A stretch of DNA of 52,044 bases from a virus. Taxonomy: Duplodnaviria; Caudoviricetes. Below the pieces are notes generated by a model. The model ran no database searches and was not told the DNA's origin. It saw nothing but the letters and a program-made list of their open reading frames with translations. Below, piece after piece: positions 47,039 through 52,044 of the stretch. Positions within the stretch are counted from its first letter, which is position 1, and every line of letters starts with the position of its first letter. The stretch covers positions 1 to 52,044 of IMG/VR virus record IMGVR_UViG_3300025282_000046; one strand, written 5' to 3'. The position numbers and the translations under genes are program-made.

Positions 47039-47356
47039 ATGGAATACAATTTCCCAGAAAGTTTTGGAGATTATCTAAAAAGATCTTTAATATATTGGAT
47101 TGACGATGCAGTGTATCCCGGTCATTTTGTAAAAGCAGTTCTTACAAATGACTTATTTGAAGCAATTGCTCGTGCAGATGGTGAGAATGCTAGGATACTC
47201 CCAGATATCGTGAGGTGGGTTTATTCAAACGCACCCCGAAATTGTTGGGGTAGTAATGAAGAAATGAAGACTTGGAAATCTTCTGGTGGATTGAGAGGAA
47301 TCAAAAATGCTGAAGCCACAGAAGCCACAGAAACCACAGAAACCAAACACATATGA
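47039..47356 (+). CDS. Small phage protein (PG.F..AVL.NDL..A..RAD..N type)
   Basis: AAGGAG RBS; motif recalled from uncharacterised phage proteins. Confidence 0.7.
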   Translation: MEYNFPESFGDYLKRSLIYWIDDAVYPGHFVKAVLTNDLFEAIARADGENARILPDIVRWVYSNAPRNCWGSNEEMKTWKSSGGLRGIKNAEATEATETTETKHI

Positions 47357-47447
47357 AAACAATTCAATCGAGAATATCGTTTCGATACCCGCCCGCTCTC
47401 GCGAGGGCGGGTATCTTCACTTTAAACAAGAAACAAAGGAAACAATC

Positions 47448-47822
47448 ATGTCAACAGAAATATCAGGAAGCGTATCAATAACTAGCAATGGTGACATTTT
47501 TATCCATTCATCTATAGAAAATTATGACCTCTTATTTAAATTAGATGCAATGAAAACACGCTACAAAATCAACCTCGTAGCAATAAACTCCGGTGATGAG
47601 AAATTAGTAAAGCCAGATATCAAAGGGTTAACCATTAAAAATCTTAAAGCGGCAAAAAAGAAAATACCAAATTGGTTAACAAAGAAGGTCAAACTTAACT
47701 TGCAAGAAGACACCTTACATTCAATCAAACTTGCCATCGAATGTTCTTGGAAAACACCCAAAGCATCATTCGAATCACTAAGCCAACTAGTAAACGAAGC
47801 AAACGAAGCAGTAACCACTTAA
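47448..47822 (+). CDS. Hypothetical protein (start revised to MSTEIS)
   Basis: AAGGA RBS; preceded by an 11-bp GC hairpin at 47384-47415. Confidence 0.6.
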   Translation: MSTEISGSVSITSNGDIFIHSSIENYDLLFKLDAMKTRYKINLVAINSGDEKLVKPDIKGLTIKNLKAAKKKIPNWLTKKVKLNLQEDTLHSIKLAIECSWKTPKASFESLSQLVNEANEAVTT

Positions 47823-47841
47823 AGGAAAAGGAGGCTCAAGG

Positions 47842-48336
47842 ATGAGCAAAACAGGAAAATGGAGTTGTGTATCACAATCAGATAGTAATCAATTTGGAAA
47901 TTGTCCTTTACAATGGGACAATGAATTTCATTGGGAACACGATCAAAACCCACAAGCATTTCGAAGGAAAGACCACTGGGAATGGGTAGGAGCAGGACAT
48001 ATACCCAATGAAAAAGAAATAGAATCATTCTATCGTGATTTAGATACAGACACAGTGGATGATTTCTATGTAACAAAAGAAATAATACTTGGTGCTGTAA
48101 TAGGAAAGAGTGCTCCTAATCATTCAGAATGGAGCATAGTAGTAAGAACAGTGATACGTTGGGAAGAAAGAAGAATGCGAAAGAACATAATAGTACGAAA
48201 TGTAAGAGCACCAAAACATCAAAACCATAAACCTTCAGATATCGAAAGATGGGAACAAACACATGATCGAAATATCAGAAACAACCGAAATAATGCTCGA
48301 AGAAGTAGAAACACTAATAGAAGAAGGACTCACTAA
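47842..48336 (+). CDS. Hypothetical protein
   Basis: AGGAGG RBS. Confidence 0.55.
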   Translation: MSKTGKWSCVSQSDSNQFGNCPLQWDNEFHWEHDQNPQAFRRKDHWEWVGAGHIPNEKEIESFYRDLDTDTVDDFYVTKEIILGAVIGKSAPNHSEWSIVVRTVIRWEERRMRKNIIVRNVRAPKHQNHKPSDIERWEQTHDRNIRNNRNNARRSRNTNRRRTH

Positions 48337-48559
48337 ACAACAAGTATGGGAGCAACTACAGTCCTCTAATCTAACCGACACCGAACTCGACCAACTCGTT
48401 TCACTACTAGAAGACAAAGGAAACAAACAACTAGCAGAAGAAATAGCCCTAGGAATCCACACACCCACTCTACAAGGTGACATATTACGTAATGCACCTT
48501 GGTATAATAACGACTACTGCAATAACGCAGATCATCAACAACTAAGGAGGAACAAATGA
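48263..48559 (+). CDS. Hypothetical acidic protein
   Basis: Helical 98-aa ORF; ATGA overlap with the next ORF. Confidence 0.55.
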   Translation: MIEISETTEIMLEEVETLIEEGLTKQQVWEQLQSSNLTDTELDQLVSLLEDKGNKQLAEEIALGIHTPTLQGDILRNAPWYNNDYCNNADHQQLRRNK

Positions 48560-48732
48560 CAGATAAAGAAATTAAATGTCCACACTGTGAAGATACTGGT
48601 AGAGAGCCTAACTATCCTAATGAACCTTGTCACAGGTGTAGACCTGTACCAAGACATTTAGATGGGTTCCCAATGGGTGAAGTTAGTAATGAATATGCTA
48701 GTGAATGGTTGAGCGAATTTGATGATAGATGA
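48556..48732 (+). CDS. 58-aa Zn-ribbon-like protein (CPHC...CHRC), not in the ORF track
   Basis: AAGGAGG RBS; open 48556-48732. Confidence 0.6.
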   Translation: MTDKEIKCPHCEDTGREPNYPNEPCHRCRPVPRHLDGFPMGEVSNEYASEWLSEFDDR

Positions 48733-48744
48733 AAGGATTAAACT

Positions 48745-48975
48745 ATGACAAAGGAACAAAAATATCAATTGTGTAAATTGATAAAAAACTTACAAGGTAA
48801 CCTTATAAAGTTACATGCAAACGGAACAACCGGAACTATTATGGATGAGTCTTTAGATATACTCAACCAATTAGTAGGTTGGCTCGTAATCTCAGGCATC
48901 GAGAAAGAATACAATGAAAAACTCGATGAACAAGCAGCAATATCAGAACACGAAAATTGGAGACAGAACTCATGA
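48745..48975 (+). CDS. Hypothetical protein
   Basis: AAGGA RBS. Confidence 0.55.
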   Translation: MTKEQKYQLCKLIKNLQGNLIKLHANGTTGTIMDESLDILNQLVGWLVISGIEKEYNEKLDEQAAISEHENWRQNS

Positions 48976-49790
48976 AACGTCACAACTGTAATGAATACGT
49001 AGAGTATGAAGACCTCGCAACCATACCTCTACCACCAGCAAGAGATAGATTCGTGCCTATGGCACATCAAGACCTATTCGATAGAACAGTAAAGAACCTA
49101 TCAACACTAAACTACGAACCCGTAAAACCTAGGTTCTTACTTGACCACACAAAACAAAAGTTTATAGCCACATTTGGTATTAAACAAAGTGCAAAGGCAT
49201 TTAGTAGTGGATCTGTAGATCAATTTGCAAACAATGACTATCAATTTGAAGTAGGTCTAATAAATAGTAATGATGGCAGCATGGCAGCCAAACTATTCAC
49301 AGGTACCCGTGTATTCGTGTGTGCCAACGGTCAATGGTCGGGTGAAGTAGTTCTCTCCCGTAAACACACTCGTAACGCAGGTTACGACATCAACCGCGGA
49401 CTCCGAGACTTCGTATTCGAACTCGAAGACACTCGCAAAGAAACCTTTGCAAACTTTGATAGACTTAAAGAATATGACTTTGGTAGTAAATCAGAAGTTC
49501 ATGATTTTATAGTTGAAACTTGCAATCGAAATATCCTTCCTTGGCAACACGCACCTAAAGTACTTGAACACTGGAATAATCCAGAACATGACGAATTTAA
49601 AGACCGCAATGGATATTGTTTATTCAACGCATATACATCACATTGGAGAGATGCTAATCAATTCTCTCTATCAGACAAAACAAAAAGATTAAGGAGTTAC
49701 ATCGATGAGTTCAAACAACCACAATACGTTGGATCAGCTGAACAAAGATTTGAAGAATCACCAAGATCAAATGGAATATCACCGTGGTGA
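48972..49790 (+). CDS. DUF932-family protein
   Basis: 'GLINSNDGSMA...GTRVFVCANG...RKHT' and 'LFNAYT' signature; start at MKRH (ATGA overlap). Confidence 0.8.
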   Translation: MKRHNCNEYVEYEDLATIPLPPARDRFVPMAHQDLFDRTVKNLSTLNYEPVKPRFLLDHTKQKFIATFGIKQSAKAFSSGSVDQFANNDYQFEVGLINSNDGSMAAKLFTGTRVFVCANGQWSGEVVLSRKHTRNAGYDINRGLRDFVFELEDTRKETFANFDRLKEYDFGSKSEVHDFIVETCNRNILPWQHAPKVLEHWNNPEHDEFKDRNGYCLFNAYTSHWRDANQFSLSDKTKRLRSYIDEFKQPQYVGSAEQRFEESPRSNGISPW

Positions 49791-49953
49791 AATCAAATTA
49801 TTAGAAGAAGAAAAATTAGAACTTTTAAAGTCTGATCCATTTGCTTCAGCAGAAGCCGCAGCACTACTAATAGGGACACACCCTAAATATTCACCTGATA
49901 CAACAGGTCTTGCTTCTGCAATTTTAAGGGCAACACACCCTAATAATTATTAA
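49705..49953 (+). CDS. Hypothetical protein
   Basis: AAGGAG RBS inside the preceding gene. Confidence 0.5.
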   Translation: MSSNNHNTLDQLNKDLKNHQDQMEYHRGEIKLLEEEKLELLKSDPFASAEAAALLIGTHPKYSPDTTGLASAILRATHPNNY

Positions 49954-50036
49954 GAACCAGTTTCCTCCTTTGACTCTGGTTTAGGAAGACTTCCTTACTT
50001 GTGGGAGTGAAGTCTATAATCTAAAGTCCCACTAAC

Positions 50037-50073
50037 GATCAGGCTCGTCCTCTGGATGGGTTTGGTCTTTTTT
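50037..50073 (+). terminator. Intrinsic terminator
   Basis: GATCAGGCTCGTCC / GGATGGGTTTGGTC stem with G-U pairs, followed by a T run. Confidence 0.65.
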
Positions 50074-50231
50074 TAGGGGAAACATAGCATTTAATTTCTT
50101 CCTACGTTCTTCACATTTAGAACAAGTAGGGATTTTCACAGCCTTAGTGAGCCTTTGGATTATATCCCCAAGACCCTCAATTGGTTGTTTGTCACTCTTC
50201 ACAAGGAGACTCCTTTATCTATAATAAAATA

Positions 50232-50672
50232 ATGGAACACGAATATAATAGTCACGATAGTTACGACATAGATATTAGTAATATTAGAGATTCAGATCGT
50301 ATCTGTTGGCAGTATACCACAGAACCCCCACTCAATGAGGAAGAAAGATGGTTTGAAGCTACACAAAATATGTATTGTAAATTATCTCCTATAACTGAAG
50401 CACTTGCCACATCAAGTGACTATGTACACTTAGAAAAACTTAAACCCTCAAATATACTCGAGTGGTACTACCGACTACACTCCCTATTCGATGCAGAAAT
50501 CGGATTCTTATACACAGATACACCTGAAGGCGAAGTACCAATAAAAATAACTCTAACAGACCTTAAAGATCATTTAGGTCTCCGAGTAGATACTAACAAT
50601 TGGGACACAAACAAATTTGATAGAAGTATAAGAAACATTCGTATGCAAAATCACATACGAGAATTACTATAA
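50232..50672 (+). CDS. Hypothetical protein (start revised to MEHEY), probably leaderless
   Basis: TATAAT 6 nt before ATG 50232; no SD. Confidence 0.6.
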   Translation: MEHEYNSHDSYDIDISNIRDSDRICWQYTTEPPLNEEERWFEATQNMYCKLSPITEALATSSDYVHLEKLKPSNILEWYYRLHSLFDAEIGFLYTDTPEGEVPIKITLTDLKDHLGLRVDTNNWDTNKFDRSIRNIRMQNHIRELL

Positions 50673-50691
50673 CCCAATAACAGGAGGAACA

Positions 50692-51057
50692 ATGCAAAAC
50701 GAAAAAGAACTAACCTATGAAGAGTGGGAGGAGACTTATAAGCCTCTAAAACATGATGATGATGAGATTATGAAGTTTGATAGGCTAGAAGATATCTTCA
50801 AATTTCTAGGTAAGAATCCCCCACCAACAGATCAAGATACATGGGATGATGTACAGAGAAAGATTTGGACTGAAACTGCTGGTGACGGCTGGTACTACAT
50901 AAGTACAGGCTTCCACATAGTAGACCGTATGCACCACTTCATATGTGAAGTACCTTGGAAAGAGGAGAACGAAGCCGCAGTCTACGAAGACCTAGGTACA
51001 TGGTGCGATGATTGCGATGACTACACTAAAAAATGTAAACATAAGGAAACAGAATAA
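50692..51057 (+). CDS. Small phage protein (IWT...I..G.H.V.R type)
   Basis: AGGAGG RBS. Confidence 0.65.
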   Translation: MQNEKELTYEEWEETYKPLKHDDDEIMKFDRLEDIFKFLGKNPPPTDQDTWDDVQRKIWTETAGDGWYYISTGFHIVDRMHHFICEVPWKEENEAAVYEDLGTWCDDCDDYTKKCKHKETE

Positions 51058-51278
51058 TGGGAACACCAACGCCAACACCAATAGAATTTCTAAACTCTAT
51101 GCGAGGTAGATATATTGTGGCACAAGCACTACATTACGGTATAAAGTCATTAGAATCTGTCGAAGGAGTAATGCAGGAAAAATCAAACATATCTGATATG
51201 AAATTCTTGCAAGAAGAACTATTCAATTTCCCCAAGGAGGTATTTGAAAATGGGAACACCAATAACATGCAAAGTTGA
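51057..51278 (+). CDS. Hypothetical protein
   Basis: TAATG coupling; AAGGA RBS. Confidence 0.6.
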   Translation: MGTPTPTPIEFLNSMRGRYIVAQALHYGIKSLESVEGVMQEKSNISDMKFLQEELFNFPKEVFENGNTNNMQS

Positions 51279-51603
51279 TTATGGAAAACCAGCCGAAGGA
51301 GAACCCAACATAACAGGTTCTCTTGAAGTAGTATGGAACCACAGAACCGGAGAACCTACAGATGTAGCAGGATTCGAAATATTTGTAGAACATAATGGAG
51401 ATACCATATGCTTTCAATCAGCGGAACAACACACTGGAAGCAGCGAAATAGTAGAAATACTAGAAGAAATATTAGGGGAATCTCTAGTAAATGCAGCAAG
51501 GAATCATTGTGATCATGAACCACCAACAGACGGAACTTTTCAAGAACAAAAAGACTACGACGAATGCCTCAACGATTTCTATCCCCCTATGCCCAAAGGA
51601 TAA
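51250..51603 (+). CDS. Hypothetical acidic protein
   Basis: AAGGAGGT RBS before ATG 51250. Confidence 0.6.
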   Translation: MGTPITCKVDYGKPAEGEPNITGSLEVVWNHRTGEPTDVAGFEIFVEHNGDTICFQSAEQHTGSSEIVEILEEILGESLVNAARNHCDHEPPTDGTFQEQKDYDECLNDFYPPMPKG

Positions 51604-52044
51604 ACCTAATTGCACCCGTTGCGAACTTCATGAGCAAGCAACAAGTGTGGGCATAAAAACTCATCTTTATTCTTCTGCTTTTGAAGGATATGTAATCTTA
51701 ATCATAGGACAAAACCCCGGATTTCATGAAGATAGAACTAACAAACCCTTTGTAGGTAGAAGTGGAGACATCTTAAAGAAATCATTCATAGGAGGTATAG
51801 GACTTGAACAAAGAACAACAATCTACCTTGGTAACGGAGTGAAGTGCCACACAACAAACAACCAAGCACCAAAACCCCGACACTACTTAGAATGTAATCA
51901 ACACTTAATCGAAGATCTACAAATCATCCAACCCGACATTGTTCTAACGCTCGGAGCACCAGCAACAACCTCTTTCTATAAAAACATACTCGGAATCGTA
52001 AAAGTCTCACTTACTAAATCTTTCACGATGAATGGAAATCTCTA
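51515..52044 (+). CDS. Family-4 uracil-DNA glycosylase (-like domain), truncated by the window end; not in the ORF track
   Basis: Manual translation: CTRCELH...IIGQNPGFHED...PFVGRSG...NGVKC...C...QPDIVLTLG (Fe-S cysteines and UDG-4 motifs). Confidence 0.85.
   Translation, partial: MNHQQTELFKNKKTTTNASTISIPLCPKDKPNCTRCELHEQATSVGIKTHLYSSAFEGYVILIIGQNPGFHEDRTNKPFVGRSGDILKKSFIGGIGLEQRTTIYLGNGVKCHTTNNQAPKPRHYLECNQHLIEDLQIIQPDIVLTLGAPATTSFYKNILGIVKVSLTKSFTMNGNL

Noticed and set aside
47312-47344. 9-bp tandem repeat GAA(G/A)CCACA and ORF start at 47307
   Set aside because: Simple low-complexity tail (EATEATETTET) of the upstream gene; the next gene more plausibly starts at 47448
51057-51262. Two adjacent genes both starting ATGGGAACACCAA (MGTP)
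   Set aside because: Only 13 nt shared with no further similarity; chance or a trivial local duplication
51620-51665. Apparent pseudoknot TTGC/GCAA with ATGAG/CTCAT
   Set aside because: Lies within the UDG coding frame (CELHEQ...); short pairings expected by chance

Overview
The window holds most of a dsDNA tailed phage genome (Caudoviricetes, probably podovirus-like, since no tape measure or sheath gene is recognisable). It is cut inside the replication module: a partial ORF at 2-130 and a partial family-4 uracil-DNA glycosylase at 51515 to the end. Layout: (1) + strand recombination and accessory genes at 140-5309. (2) A long - strand late operon from 41546 to 5360: terminase, portal, scaffold, major capsid, a triplicated adaptor-like protein, collagen fibres, two glycan-modifying enzymes, nozzle, ejection-type proteins, a metallophosphoesterase and an ADP-ribosyltransferase-like protein. 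(3) A divergent D5/P4-type SF3 helicase followed by an iteron-like origin. (4) An early-type region of small genes with structured intergenic DNA at 43.7-52 kb. The most unusual signals are: a ~770-nt array of stem-closed structured RNA modules (1588-2351), three of them tRNA-sized or smaller with acceptor-like stems and ACCA/ACAA ends but no cloverleaf; a three-copy covarying 65-67-nt element and a three-copy pseudoknot motif in the early region; at least 40 copies of the octamer CCCCCACT, absent from 42.1-50.3 kb; and a set of basic mosaic proteins with captured domains (ART, ASCH+SLOG, PilC/GspF N-terminus), three of which share a C-terminal K-x-x-x-P-x-LLL hydrophobic tail. All calls are by eye; no searches or folding programs were run.
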